Below are positions 12,715-26,170 of a DNA stretch of 64,000 nt, in pieces. The first letter of the stretch is position 1. Every line of letters starts with the position of its first letter. The DNA is taken from the NCBI RefSeq assembly GCF_036971445.1, contig NC_091480.1, positions 84,320,001-84,384,000 on the forward strand, in the 5' to 3' direction. The notes under the pieces are model-generated. The model was not told the DNA's origin. It ran no database searches and saw only the letters and a list, made by a program, of their open reading frames with translations. Source of the DNA: Narcine bancroftii (lineage: Eukaryota). The position numbers and the translations under genes are program-made.

Positions 12715-13410
12715 TATCAGAATTTATCATCATGAACAGGTTATGAAATTCAGTGTTTTGCAGCAGAATTATGAACCATGTCACAACATTACTATTTTAA
12801 AAATGCAAGGTTCAATGATTATTCAAGAATCTGATGGCAGAGGGGATGAAGCTGTCCTTCAGGCTCCTGTACTGTACCTTCTTCTCCCCCCCCCCCCCCC
12901 CCGATGGTAGCAGAGTGAAGAGGGCATGGCCTGGGTGATGGGGGGGGGCAGTCTTTGAGGATAGAGGCTGTTTTTTTTTTTAAGATATCATCTCAAGTAG
13001 ATGTCCTTGATGGGGTGAGGTCTGGTGCCTGTGATGTCGCAGGCTGTTAAACCTCTGCAGTTTATTCTTGTCCTGAGAGTTGGCACCTCCATACCAGGCA
13101 GTGATGCAACCAGCCAGCATACTCTCCGCAGTACACTTGTAGAAGTCTTCAGTGACGTACTGAACTGCCTCAGACACTTCACCAAGTATAGCCGCTGGTG
13201 AATATTCTTTGTGATTGCATTAACATGGAAGTTCCAGAGCAGATCCTTGGAGATGTTGACACCCAGGAATTTGAAGTTTTTGACCCTCTTCTTTCCTGAA
13301 CCCTCGATGAGGACTCGGTCGTGTTCCCCTGACTTCCTTCTGAAGTCCATAATCATCTTGGCTTTGCTGACATTGAGCGCAGGGTTGTTGTCGTTACACC
13401 GTTCAACGAG
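12715..13410 (-). mobile_element. Rex1/Babar-like LINE 3' fragment
   Basis: IMDFRRK...VKNFKFLGVNISKDLLWNFHVNAITKNIHQRLYLVKCLR; FYKCTAESMLAGCITAWYG. Confidence 0.65.
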
Positions 13411-13921
13411 TTAATTCCAATAATTTCTGATTTCACTAATTGATCGATTCACTAATGCCTTGAATATTTAACCGTTTCTTGTCTGTAGATCAGCATGTTG
13501 TAAATTAGATAATTGAAATGTTCTTCCCTAAGATAACAATGACGATCCAATTTAGCTGTCAGATAGATAATGGTGCAAGTGCAGAATGGTGGGTTATTTG
13601 GCATTGACCTATAGTTCTTGAAATACAAGTATTTTAAATCCAAGCTTTCCTGATTCACCTTTTATTTTTATCTTGTGAGATACGTTCTGAATAAGTACTT
13701 GGGGAAAATTAAACATGACGAGATTGATATTGTTTTAAGTTTAATGTAATTTTTCTCTGTGGAGAAAATCTTTGTTTGATCACGTAAGAAGCATCTTCAA
13801 CTTATAATAATACACAATTTTTTTCCAGCGTTCTAAGTATGGATACTTAATTTTGTGAAAACAAAATTGTAGAATTCCAACCTTTGGGGAAATGCTAATT
13901 CACCTCTTTATGCTGCTGCAG

Positions 13922-13970
13922 GTACAAGACAGGAAAAAACAAATGGTTCTTCCAGAAGCTCCGATTCTAA
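13922..13970 (+). CDS. RPL27: 60S ribosomal protein L27, coding exon 4 of 4 (stop)
   Basis: ctgcag|YKTGKNKWFFQKLRF*; exon lengths sum to 81+170+111+49=411 nt = 136 aa + stop. Confidence 0.98.
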
Positions 13971-13982
13971 GTTGTGAATCAC

Positions 13983-13988
13983 AATAAA
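13983..13988 (+). terminator. RPL27: RPL27 polyadenylation signal AATAAA
   Basis: AATAAA 12 nt after the stop codon, followed by T/GT-rich sequence. Confidence 0.8.
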
Positions 13989-14149
13989 TAAATTTTCATT
14001 TAAATTATTTTGAGTCTTCGTGTCATTTATTACTGAGCAATGGAAATTTATTTATCTGGTCAATGTTTTCTGCATCAGTCAAAAGATGTTCTACTTCATA
14101 TATTTGATCGATAAATAAATTTGACCGCATATTTACCCCAATGGACGAT

Positions 14150-14350
14150 TTTAAATTTATAAATTGAGACATTCGGCCCATGCTACCCAATTACACCCAA
14201 TTTACTTATGTCTCGGGTTCATTTTTGAAGGGTGGGAGGAAACTGAGTACCTGGAAGAAACTCATACAGACACAGGGAGAACTTACAAACTCCTTACAGA
14301 CAGCGCTGGATTTGAACCTGGATCTCTGGTGCTGTAACAGCGTTGTAACA
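14150..14350 (-). mobile_element. HE1/V-SINE-like SINE
   Basis: acagacacagggagaacttacaaactccttacagacagcgctggatttgaacc is the reverse complement of the SINE core. Confidence 0.65.
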
Positions 14351-14423
14351 TTTAGTTTGAAGTAAAACACGAAAGTCTGCAGACCCAGTTTGATTTGATT
14401 CGGTGTTTGTGAAAAGTAAAAGT

Positions 14424-14760
14424 TGTAGCGACTACTCTGGTAGAGCTACAAAATGAATACACATACACAAGGTTAGTCGGCAAAAGACTCTTTATTTGAG
14501 TCGGCCCCCTCTTATACCTGTCCCGGTCTGGGCTCCACGGGATGGGGATGATGTCACCATGTGCTTGCCGCTACCTAATCTGTGGGGCTGGTGTGTTTAA
14601 ACCTGGTGGGAGCCCCACGCCCTCTAGAAAGAGGCATAGCAGTCCAGTGTGCTGCTACTCATGGAGCTACGCGGTCCGTTGCCCAGGGGAGTACACAGCG
14701 ACCCGGCCTGCGGGTGCACACTTCCACCGACTGGCGACAGTTCGGAATATGGCTGCTACA
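14424..14760 (-). mobile_element. Solo LTR
   Basis: tgtagc...gctaca inverted termini, perfect 4-bp TSD aagt (14420-14423 / 14761-14764), internal tttatt. Confidence 0.7.
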
Positions 14761-15199
14761 AAGTTAATATTGTCTGTAAACTGACAAATTTAATGGGGCC
14801 AGTTGGGGTGAAAGGAAATGATTCCTCAGAGGAATCAAATGCTAATTTTGTAGTACAATTTGATGGATCTCTATTGACTTGATAATTGGTGACTGGTCAT
14901 TTTTCTACAGCTGAATATCTATTTGCAGCTTCAAGCATCCACATAATTGTATCTCACAAGTCATCGGTATATTTGGGAAGTGGAAGTTATTCCAGGGATG
15001 ATACAACTATAACTCTAAACACAAGATGGTAGATTTAAACATCAATTGAATATTTGCATCCCAAAACCTAATATTCCCTCTCATGGGGCTGGATATTGGG
15101 TGTACAATTAAAATAAAGGCTTGTTTTTAAGAGTTGTAAAGCATTTTATGTGATGCAGTTTTTTCAGTTGTGCCACTGATAGGCACAGTTGAATTTGCA

Positions 15200-15432
15200 T
15201 GCCGCGCATCCTGGCGCCTCACAGTTCGGCGGGCAGCAACCTCCTTTGAAGAAGACCGCAGAGCCCACCTCACTGACAAAAGACGAAGGAGGAAAAACCC
15301 AACCCCAACCCACCAATTTTCCCTTGCAACCGTGTCTGCCTGTCCCGCATCGGTCTTGTCAGCCACAAACGAGCCTGCAGCTGATGTGGACAATACCCCT
15401 CCATTAATCTTAGTCCGCGAAGCCAAGCCAAA
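15200..15432 (+). mobile_element. RTE-clade LINE 3' end
   Basis: RASWRLTVRRAATSFEEDRRAHLTDKRRRRKNPTP plus ...gtccgcgaagccaagccaaaga tail; closely similar to 42190-42449. Confidence 0.8.
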
Positions 15433-17398
15433 GAGTGATAGTATGATAGCTCAAACTATCTGAACGTTGGTTGAACCTCGGGGAATTTACCAGATTTAAT
15501 GAAAAGACCATTCAGCCTTTGTGCCAATGGGTGATTTGTATCCTCTTTCTGTCAACAAATATGATTGGCACCCGAGTCCCTGGTGGGTGCTGGGAAGGAT
15601 CTCCATGCTTTGTCGATAGTTAATATAACACCCTTATTTAAATTTTTGGGTCCCGTTTCTTCCCTTGTCCTTTAGCAGGCAACAGTGGATGTGTGTGAAA
15701 CATCAAAGCTGCTGCTACTAGAATCTTGAGCAAATAAAGATGCTGGTGGAATTCAGTAGGTTATTAGTAGAAATGCAGTCACCAAGTTGTGCTTTTTACA
15801 CAGCCCTTTCATTCTGGGACATTTGCTCTCTTTTAATGGAACACTTGCTGTCTTTAAAAAAAAGCACACGGAATTGGGGGAATTGCAGTCCCAGCTTTTT
15901 TTTCTGGCAGCAGACCTAGTTAGCCCCAAAACGCTGTTTCTGGGACCAACTCGGGTAAGGATGTGTAAGTGGATTTTTTTAGTGTATTTACGGTTGAGTA
16001 AAACCCAGACAAAACTATTTTCCCATGTTCTATTAATAGTGTGCTAATAAAATTAAAGTTTGATAGCAAACCCTGAGTCCGGGCCTGACTCACAAACCTG
16101 ACACTTTCTCGACACAATGACCAGTGTGAAGACTATTGGCTTTAATATTATCACCCTAATTTCAACTTCTCGTACAAGACCGGGGGAATATTTTTTGGGG
16201 AAAAACAATGGGTCTAACATGCTGTCAAATATGTTATACGTGACACTAGATGCGCTGTTGAGTTACATGTCCCACCCCTTGCTCTCCAATGCCAACACTG
16301 ACCTGGAAAAATGCTGGCTTTGTTCCTTTCAGTGTTAACAACCAAAGCCATCTTAATGATGGGTCTTCCTTACAGAAATATAGTAGAATTTCTGTGTTTT
16401 TTTTAAAAATTGTCTCTGGTCCACACCTTTTATTACTACTAAAGGGAAGGGGTGATGTCAAATATATTGTCCTCTGCACAAGTACAACCCGACAAAACAA
16501 TGCTCTCCAGTCCTTGGTCCAAAACGAACAGACATAACCAGAGAACACACATACAGACAAGCAATGCATATGCAGTATTTATATATACAAATAAATATTG
16601 TTTTGAAAATATAAAAGTTTTGGATGGCTAGAGTGAGCAGTTCCTTTAGTCTTCAGCATTCTCACTGCCTGTGGGAAGTTGTTCCTCAATCTGGTGGTGC
16701 TGGCTCCAATACCCCTATATATTCCATTGGGACCAGCTGAAAGATGTGTGCAGGTTGGAAGGGGATTTTACACATCTTTTTCAGACAATGATCCCATTAG
16801 ATTATGTTGATGTGGGGGTGGGGGGGGTAGGAGGAGAGAAGAAGGGAGATTCCAGTGATAATCCTTTCTGTCACTTAATGGTCCTGCAGATTCACCTCCA
16901 GTCCATTTCTCTGCAGCAACCATACTGCACTGATGCAGCCATGCAGGACACACTTGATGTAGCCCAGAGATAATGGAGTATGGGACACAAGATGTGAAGT
17001 GGAGAGAGAGAGAGAGTTTGGAAGGTAAGGGAGAAGCATTAGAGAGTAGAGAAATGTGTGAGGCCTTATGTCACTACAAGTATTTGCTGAATCATTGAAA
17101 ATTATACCCAATAGAATTCATTCACGTCTCCCAAGTTTGTCGATATTACCTGACTTGGTTGTATTTTCTGAGAGGATATCCACAAACCAGCTGACATTAA
17201 ATGTCTCCAGGTGTCCTAATGACGGTCTCGTATCTCTACTGCATGAATCTAGGCTACCTCAGGAAGTGGTTGTCCAAACCAATGATCGAGCTCCCAATGT
17301 CCTGCACCCCCCCGCCCCCCCCCCACCCCGTGTTCATCTTGACACTCTCCCTCGCCCATCTTACGGAATTGACTGCTACTCAAAAAAATTTTTTAAAG

Positions 17399-17885
17399 TG
17401 TATTTGGGTGTCCAATAGGTCAATTTTCCACCACCCCCCCCCCCCCCACAACCTTTTTAGCCTCATTTTAATGGTTTTATGTTCTATCTGGCATATAAGT
17501 CGACCCCAATTTTTTCAGGCTGTCCAGTCCTCCCAGGAACTATTTTTAAAAACATCCCAATCACAAGTAACAAGTAAATTAAGTAAAAAAAAAGAGAACC
17601 CCCCCCCCACCAGGCAGTAGTGACGACGGTCCACGGAGCTGGAGCGGTGACATCGTGCTCCTGGCGGGAGCACTCCAGGCAAGGACGCGCAACTTCAGGT
17701 TCCCAGGTAGGAGCGGTTATGGTGGTGCCCAGCGGTGGGGAAGTGCTTCCAGCATCGACTTGTACGCCAAATCGACGTCAATCTGGTGAATTTAAGGTTT
17801 CAAAAGTGTATTCAGTGTTTAAGTTGACCACATCCTTGAGAATTTTCTTTAGGGTTTCACGACTTTTATACTGAAATATACGGTA
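17399..17885. mobile_element. Tc1/mariner (pogo-like) non-autonomous DNA element, degenerate
   Basis: Right end gacttttatactgaaatatacggta and internal tataagtcgaccc repeats typical of this class; left end poorly defined. Confidence 0.4.
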
Positions 17886-19742
17886 CTTTTTCTGTGATGT
17901 ATTTATCTTCTAGCTATTTGATTACTTTGACATTTAAGACTGCATCATCTTAATCTGTGTTCCAGTTTATAAAGCAAGTTCTGTAATTACAATTGGGTTA
18001 CATTGTTAATATTTTAGGTTTGATTTGGAGAGATTGAATTTGTACATTGCAAATAACAATTTCTGTATGCCAGTATTTCTAAGACCAAATTCAAACATGA
18101 TGCTTCAGTAATTATGTTACAATGTTGCCCATTCAGAGCCAGCTCTTCAGCGCTTGACGTCCTGCTTTGCGGAAACTGCCAAAATGTTTGGCCTGGAAGT
18201 CAGCCTGAAGAAAACTGAGGTCCTCCATCAGCCAGCTCCCCACCATAAATGTTGCCCTTCTATGCCTAATCAAGAGCACGAATTAGACCATTGTAATCTC
18301 GCGCTATCAGTTTGTACTTTCTTCCCGTGTTTGTGTGGGTTTTCTCTGGGGACTCCGGTTTCCCCTCACCCTTCAAAAACATACTGGGGTGGAGGTTAAT
18401 GGTGTGTAATTTTGGCAGCATAGACTCGTGGGGCCAAATTGGCCGCTTACAGGGCTGCATGTCTAAATTTTTAAAATGTATAGCAGGAAACAGGAATCGG
18501 GTGGAAGGGTGAGAGATGATGGGAAGATGGAGCAGAGGGAGGGTGAGGGGTGACATTGGGAGACAGGCAGGTGAGCAATAGGCGAAAGCAGTCGGGGAAA
18601 AAGGTAGATGCTCTCAATTCCTACACTAGTTTGAATGGATGGCATCAGCTTTGGAATCCACAAATCATTTTACAGATGGGTAAACCTGTGCTTTTAAAAA
18701 GTAATTTTCCAGCTTTTTAGAGTAAATTGTTAGCCTGTCCAAATTAATATGTTTAAAATATCATCTATGCCAATTTTATCAAAGCATGGTTGAAAACATC
18801 AGAAAGAGGTCCTTCAGCCCAATTAGTTCATACTAGCTCTCAGTGAACCCATTTGCCTATATTTCCCCGCGAGCATCCCAGTGATGTACCACTGCAGAAA
18901 ATTTACAGTAGCCAGCCAATATGTTCTCCACGGACTGGATGGGCTAAAGGGCCCGGTTCTGTGCTGCAGTAGTTTTTGTTTTGAGGGGAGACTGTGACAC
19001 TCGTGCAGAAGACCAGTCAATTCCTTAAAGATTTTTTTTTAATGGGTTATTTTCTGCTAAATAGGTTTATTTTTAATATATGAAATGACATGAGCATTCC
19101 ACAAATTAAACAAGATGCCTAAACTCTCAGCCAAGGCCGAACCTAATTTCGTAATAAATCCTGATGAGATGGATTTGGGTGTATTTGAAGGATAGAGTGC
19201 CAGGAGAACTGATGGGGAAATTTCACCTGGTCAATTGTTCCATTTGTGTCAAAACTATAGAATGCATGTGAATAAGCCCTAAGCAGGAGGACCTCGGGTG
19301 GCTTTCTAACCGATTCTTTCTCTGTGATTGATGACCAACAGGAAACCATGACTAATTTCCCAGTCCTGGCTCCAGCCAAATCTTGGAAAGCAAGATGCTT
19401 TGCATTAATTCCCATCCTCATGGATAGGACACATTCCCACCACCATCAGATTCCCGAATGATCAATGAACCAAAGGTGCTTTTACTATTTCCATTGATTT
19501 TTTTCCTCTCTCTGTAAGATGAATGCTTGCCCACAAACTTCGTGGCTTATTCATGACCATAAAATTCTTATTCAGTATAATTTTGGGGCAGAGCAAGGTC
19601 CTGACCAAAACCAACCATTGTCTGAAGTTGATCCATCGGATTGGTGACCCTGAAGGGGGGTGGGGGGGTTCCACTGATGCGTTGGACTGGGAGGTGGCTG
19701 TGCGCTCCCGAGACTCATTGCAATCGTCCAAGGTAGATGGTG

Positions 19743-19755
19743 AGTTTCACTTTCT
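19743..19755 (+). promoter_or_regulatory. IFI35: ISRE (AGTTTCACTTTCT), candidate IFI35 promoter element
   Basis: Matches the AGTTTCNNTTTC consensus; followed by a short candidate non-coding exon ending cagc|gtaagt at 19808, CCAAT (19848) and GC box (19936-19945). Confidence 0.7.
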
Positions 19756-20070
19756 GGAGCGCTTGTGAAGTTCAGGTCGATGCGACTGAACCAGAGGTGG
19801 GTTTCAGCGTAAGTCTCCGAGTTTTCGATCTGTGTTTCTCAAAACGTCCAATCATTTGGGACCAAATCCCGATTTACAAGGTCTTTTATTTGTTAGGGAT
19901 GCCTGATCTACATGGGTACGTCGTGCCTGTAAACTGGGGCGGGACGGGACGGGGGGGCTTTAATGTCACAGTCTGGGATCTTGTGCCCTGCACCGACTTG
20001 GCAAATTTTCTCTTGCGGGGACCCAATAATCCCCAGAGCCAATAATTCCGTTCGTGTCCCAAATAAAATA

Positions 20071-20135
20071 AAATCGAAAGTGAAAGTGTTGAGATCCCAT
20101 AAGAAATCGAAGTTTGTAATTTGGTTTTCAGAGAA
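20071..20135 (+). promoter_or_regulatory. IFI35: IRF-E/ISRE (AAATCGAAAGTGAAAGTG) and GAS (TTCAGAGAA) cluster
   Basis: GAAAGTGAAAGT at 20076-20087; TTCN3GAA at 20127-20135; locally CpG-rich region upstream of the first coding exon. Confidence 0.6.
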
Positions 20136-20754
20136 AGTTTTGCTTTGTTCTGTCATTGTTTAAAATCTCCTTAAAACAGAAAAAAGATCCGAGCCACAAC
20201 TTCAGAGAGAGCCGTACCAAGCAGGCAATTCGGCCCGATTCCTCCATGCCGACCTTTGGGTTGATCCTGAGCCATTCAGTTTGGAGACTTCCCAGCGATC
20301 CGGCTACAACCAGCTGGTGCATTCCAAATGCAGGGGGCTCCTGATCCGGGATCAAGCCCTAAACGTTGGCTATGTTTCTTTATCTTTGCTACCGTACATA
20401 AGAACACTTTTTGACCTGCTGAGTTTCTCCAGCATTGTGTTATTTCAACCGTGGTGTCTGCAGACTTTTGTGTTGTACTTCACCACTTTACCTGGGCATT
20501 CCACTGCACACTTTCATATCCATCGCCAGCCATCCCCGGGGATAGGACTGTTCTACCTTCTACCAGTGACGTCATGAGGCATTGAGCGATGGTTCACCTG
20601 CCCTAAATCCTGATCAATGTATTATCATCTTGTATTTAAACGAAATTAATTATAACATAATTAAGCTTTAAGCACAGTGCGAGCCCTTCGCCTGTTTTTG
20701 CTGTGCTGACCTATATAAACCTTTATAACCACGGGAACATGCGCGCAATAAAGA

Positions 20755-21040
20755 GCAATGGCGGACAATTTATAGACAGCGTGGGAAAGTTGGTAGCGCT
20801 ATCGTGTACAATTTATAAAGACCATGGGGAAAATCTGATGGCGGACGTGCCCGTGCAGCAGAGAAATCCCTCTGTGCACGCGGCTGTGCTGACAGCCTTT
20901 TCTACGCCTCCTGAATTCAGGGAGGGCAGGTCCGCCATTGCTTTCTCCCCATGGTCTTTATAAATTCCCATGGTCTTTATAAATTGTGTGCAATAGTGCT
21001 ACAACCTTTCCCTTGCTGCTTATAAATTGTCCATTATTGC
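20755..21040. mobile_element. Fold-back (palindromic) MITE-like element
   Basis: Arms ~20755-20852 and ~20924-21040 are imperfect reverse complements (acaatttataaagaccatggg / cccatggtctttataaattgt; atggcggacgtgccc / gggcaggtccgccat). Confidence 0.6.
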
Positions 21041-21047
21041 TATCATG

Positions 21048-21088
<41 letters not shown>

Positions 21089-21607
21089 GTCCTAGAATAC
21101 AATTCTTACTTTCACACTAGGCTAATTGGCACATCGAGTAGGGGTTGAGATCCCCCGGCGTGAAACGCCATCGTTTCACGCCGGCATTCAGACTATTTTG
21201 CTTTCACACTTGACCATCTGTCCAGCCAATTGGCTGTTAATTCCTGGGACAAGATGCATGTGTGAAAGGGGCTACAGATTAGCAAGAGGAAGAAAGAGAA
21301 TCATGGATGAAGAATAACTTGTAAATAGAGGCCTGCTGACTCACCTATAACTGTTTATATCATGAAAAGAACTGTCAAGACTGATCTGGAAAGGAAACAG
21401 TGAAGATGGATTTAAATTGATGAAAGTAATACTGTGCTTGCAAAGTCCGTGGTCTGCTTTATTCTTGATACCTGTGGTATCAAAACAATCAAAATTTATT
21501 CCCTGGACTACATTCATATCCACAAATGGATCAGCATATTGTTCATTTCCTGGTGAAATTTAACATGAAACTCTTTTTTTATAACAGGTTTATAATCGAG
21601 GGTCATC

Positions 21608-21637
21608 ATGGAGTTCTCAATTACTAAAAATGACTGG
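21608..21637 (+). CDS. IFI35: Interferon-induced 35 kDa protein (IFI35/NMI family), coding exon 1 of 9
   Basis: Acceptor ataacag| before 21588, Kozak-like atcATGg, MEFSITKNDW|gtgagt, phase 0 compatible with the next exon. Confidence 0.7.
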
Positions 21638-22819
21638 GTGAGTTTTTGAAACTATAGAACATGGACCAGGCGAAGGCTATGGAGCATGTCAAACTTGCTT
21701 GATTTAATAATCTCTTATTCTGTGCTTCTAATCTGCTTTCCAACCTGATTTCTATAGATCTTGATTGCATTAAAAAATCTATCGATCTCAGCCTTGGATT
21801 TACTCAACCGCTGAGAAAGAATGGTGGGGAATTCCAAAGGTATATAATTTGCTGTTTCCACACGGTCTAAAGTGTCCAGACACTTAACACTTTACCCCTG
21901 AACTACCCCAGCATAAAGGAATGCCATCAACTCTGTCAAAGAGCCTCTACGAAACATCTTGCATTCTTCTAAACTACAGGAGTTTATAACATTATTACTC
22001 AATCTCCCTTCTTCCCGGAATCAGTCTATTGCATTCACACAATAGGATCGCCATTGCTTAAATGGACTTTATACTGTAATGAAGGAGAGATTGTTTACAG
22101 GAACAAACTGGTAGAGAGTGTAAAAATGCAAAAACTTCACAGGCCATGTTAGCTGCCCACCATTGTAGTCAGGAATGCCTCAGAGCAGGAGCAGACAATT
22201 AATTCACCCTCTTAAGTTTGTCCCATCATTTAATCGGATCATGGCCAATCAATGCCTCAACCTAATGTAACTTCCTTTGCTCCATATTCTTGTAATCCTG
22301 ACATGATCCAAATCTGTCATCGGTCTCGAAAATTTCACTTGATCCAGAATCCACTCATTTTCAAGAGATAAAATTTCCAATAAACTGCATGCAAAACTGT
22401 TCCCTGATTTCACTTTTATTTGAAATTTCTGCCTTTTGCTCAGGAATTTTTTTCACTTTTCTCTCCCCAATCAATTGATAGGTGGACTTCAGAAATGAAC
22501 AGCTGCATTCTTCTTGGAAAAGATCACTTATAGTCTTAAAAAGGGATATAGCACCTTCCTAAAAATCTGACAGCCTTATTCAGAACATATAGGCACTTCA
22601 CAGCTTCCATTGGGTAACGATCGCTACTGACTAGCCAGTAGACTTGTGTAAGGATTAACATTGTGGTACTATCATGTCTCTGTGTTTTACTGTATGCACT
22701 GATGGGATTTTTTTTCTCTGTTCAATTGGACTTGCACAGAGGGGAGGGGTGAGTTTTCTTGATGTGTATTTTGTATGGTTGTTGATTGTTAAAATGATAA
22801 ATAAAATATTACAAAACTA

Positions 22820-23050
22820 ATTTAAAATTTAAATTTAGGCATACAGCACAGTAACTGGCCCTTCCGACCCACAAACCCGTGCCACCTAATTAACCTACAA
22901 CCCCTGCACATTTTGAAGGGTGGGAGGAAACAGGAGCACCCAGCGGAAACTCGCACAGACACAGGGAGAAAGTACAAACTCCTTATAGATAGCGCCGGAT
23001 TCACACTTGGGGCTGTAACAGCGTTGAACTAAACCACTATGCTAGCCGAT
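22820..23050 (-). mobile_element. HE1/V-SINE-like SINE
   Basis: gggaggaaacaggagcacccagcggaaactcgcacagacacagggagaaagtacaaactcc is the reverse SINE core. Confidence 0.7.
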
Positions 23051-23199
23051 TTTATAAATAAAAAAACCTATTTTTATAAAATCGCTGGGTCTAGAAAACT
23101 GTATTTAAACCACATAACTTTGTAACTTTATCCTCAGACCATTTCATTGTAATGTGACTGCTGCAGTTCAAGAATTGGGCTCATTGTTTTATACCCAAA

Positions 23200-23460
23200 G
23201 GTATTTAGAAATTCTCCAAAACAAAAGAATAAAAATGTTAAGATATCCAGCTGTGCTTAAAATAGTTATCCGGGGGGAGCAAAACAGGCTGTTCTCAGAT
23301 CCGGAGAAAGCACAAGAATTTGCAGAACACCTGCAGGACAGAAAGATGAAGAGATGTAACAAGAACGAAGAACGACAACAAACTACATATAAAGATGTAA
23401 AGATAATGTATAAGTAAGAACTAAAGAAGGGAAATAAAAGGGAAGTAAGGCAGAGGGGAA
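23200..23460 (+). mobile_element. L1/Tx1-like ORF1 C-terminal fragment
   Basis: MLRYPAVLKIVIRGEQNRLFSDPEKAQEF resembles the L1 ORF1p C-terminal domain. Confidence 0.55.
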
Positions 23461-23966
23461 AAAAACCCAGGAAAATTGTTTGGTTGATGTTCCTTATTAA
23501 TACTTTGTAGCTTGAAATATGTTTTGCCATCTGCAGTGAAACGACTAGTAAACATATTAATTATATGTAAATGACCTGACCTTTCCTGGCTGGCTCGTGA
23601 CTCCTCCCCTTTCTCCCCCATAAAGTTTGTCATGCCCCAAGCCCCAATTCGAGTTCGGGTCAGTGCGAGCGAACAACACAGGGATGCCGTCCATCTCTTG
23701 CAAATAAAAGCCTTCAGTTTCGATTAATTCAGGCTTTGTGAAATTGATCGTGTGTCACCATCTTATAAATGTTTTTTTTAATTTAGATGAAAACATTTAT
23801 TTAAATTATATAAAATAATTTTTAAAGAAATTTTTTTCAGATGCAACTTGTCAGTAACCTTGAACTTATAAACGTCTGATGCAGAAATTTGAATGATATT
23901 TATAAATATTTCAAACTGTGTTTTGTAATGCTTGGCCCTTTATAATGTGACTTTCCTTTTCTACAG

Positions 23967-24050
23967 GGCTTTCTCAGGGATTCTCAGGTTCAGTCCACTA
24001 ATAGTGCCTCCCAGCAGCAAGTACTGCAATCAGAAATAGAAAAGTGCAAG
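23967..24050 (+). CDS. IFI35: IFI35 coding exon 2 of 9
   Basis: ttttctacag|GFLRDSQVQSTNSASQQQVLQSEIEKCK|gtcaga, phase 0-0. Confidence 0.75.
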
Positions 24051-24881
24051 GTCAGAGTGAAGTGCTATTTTTATAATTGTCATTTATGGTTTTTAGACTG
24101 CAGGCACATAATGACACAATCCAGGAATTTTGTCGCGACATGGGCAGTCTAAAAAGGAATGTGCAGGAATTTTGAGTCAATTCCTGCCCCGCGATTTATC
24201 CTGCGGGACCCCTACAGCTTTTTGGAGGAAGCCTGCAGTGTAAATTGTACTGGAAAAGTTAGTCGTCGGTCATCTACTCTACTGTACGTCCAACCACCGG
24301 GACTGCTGCACTCAGATACTCGCGGTCTAAAAAGGTGCCCAGTGAAAACGATAACATGGGCAGTAATTATGTTAATTTTTTCAGCGATTTTCCTGAAATT
24401 CCAGTCTAAAAACATTGAGTATGACTACCTTGGGGTTTGAGAAAATCTCTATTTGTTCAGTATTTCCGGCAAAGTTACAAATTGACATTTTTAAATGCAT
24501 ATACAGTGAATGCCCAAAAATCCAGATCCCAGAACTCCGAATCACCTGAAAAACTAGACTTCTTGAAAATTCTCAAACTTTTAAATTTAGCGGGCTTTTG
24601 AGTGCATAAACACATAAGTGCCACAGATGCACAGTAGTCACAGAAATGAATGAATTTGGGATTTTTTCTAAACTTAGTTTATAAACATAACATTTTTTTC
24701 ATATAAAATACAATCAAAATGTACCTTTTCTCTTTATTCTCTTTAAATTTTAATTTTAAAAGTACTGCTCGAGAATCTTGAAAATCTAGACTGACCCAAT
24801 CCCCAAGCAGTCTGAATTTTAGCACTTTTATGTACTGACATGGTTTATGCAGCCATCACAATAATTTGCACTTTTTCAATA

Positions 24882-25552
24882 CCGTAAAACCCCTGGTAAC
24901 TAGAATCCAAGCAACTGGCAAAAAAAAATCAAGGAAAATAAATTTTAAAAAGTAGTTAAGAACAAAATAATAGGTAAAAAAATATGCTGTTTAAAATTGT
25001 CAAGGTAAATGTTCTCTGAAGCAACACACAAGCCTTTGGTGAAGATGGGAGCGAATATTCAGTCAGTGGAATGTCTTGGTTGTGCTTTGCTCATAGCAAC
25101 TCTTTGAATAAAGTTGGGTGACAGCAATGGCATCGCCCAGGATAAAGAGCTGGTAGATGCTGTTAGGCATTCGTAAGGGTGTCTCCTTAACCCTGCTTAG
25201 TAAAAGTCACCCTGGTCAGAAGCTTCATCTTGTTTAGTGGTGGGAGGGCCATTATCTGTTATGTAATTGTTCGTCTTTTGAGCGGGAGGGGGAGGAACCT
25301 GCAGACACAGTGATGGTTAAATGTTTTTGAAGAACATGATTGAAAATAAATTATTGAGGTTAAAATATTTATGCAAATGAAGTTTGTTCAGTGTAGGGAT
25401 AGTATGGTATTTTTGTCATTTGTCTTTTGAACTGATTATTCTTAATGAAGGTGTATTAGTTGTACGAGGCATTGTAAAATTGAGTCTGAAGCAACCGGAA
25501 TATACACTTATCTAGTAATCGCTGTAGATGCTGGATATCAGGGGTTTTACTG
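24882..25552. mobile_element. Tc1/mariner-type non-autonomous DNA transposon
   Basis: TIRs ccgtaaaacccctggta / tatcaggggttttactg flanked by TA on both sides. Confidence 0.7.
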
Positions 25553-25630
25553 TATTTGCACATTTCCAATCTACTTCCAGCTGAAAAAAGAGTTCTGCAA
25601 TAAAGCATTGAATTTTTTAATTCCTTCTAG

Positions 25631-25789
25631 GCAAAATATAATTCTATATTAAAGGACAAGGATGACTTGGTAAAAGCAAAACTTGAAGTTGGAAAGGTGA
25701 CAGCAGAATATAATGCCAAGATTCAAATGTATCAACAAAACCTTTGGAATGACATAATGGAAAGTTCCATGCAGGACATAAAGTATCAG
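25631..25789 (+). CDS. IFI35: IFI35 coding exon 3 of 9 (coiled-coil region)
   Basis: ttccttctag|AKYNSILKDKDDLVKAKLEVGKVTAEYNAKIQMYQQNLWNDIMESSMQDIKYQ|gttggc, phase 0-0. Confidence 0.8.
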
Positions 25790-25949
25790 GTTGGCATTTC
25801 CATAATTTGTATTTATTTTTATATAGAGTGAAAGATGCTGAAATGTTGTGACCTTCATTCTGTGCATGGTGCTTGTCAACCTGGTGATTGGAACAGGTTG
25901 GTTTAATGATTAGGACCAGTGGAAAACGTGGCTGAAACAGTAGGAAGAC

Positions 25950-26170
25950 ATAGCGCAACACTGTTACAGCACCAGTGATTGGGACCGGGGTTTGAATCCT
26001 GCGCTGTCTGTACGGAGTTTGTACGTTCTCCCCGTGTCTGTGTAGGTTTTCCCTGGGGGGAGCTCTCTGGTTTCCTCCCTCCCTCGCGTACAGTGGGTGT
26101 AGGTTAATTGGGTGTAAATTGGGTGGCACGGACTCATCGGCCGAAGTGGCCTGTTGCTGTACTGTGTGAT
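25950..26170 (+). mobile_element. HE1/V-SINE-like SINE
   Basis: ctgttacagcaccagtgattgggaccggggtttgaatcctgcgctgtctgtacggagtttgtacgttctccccgtgtctg. Confidence 0.7.
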
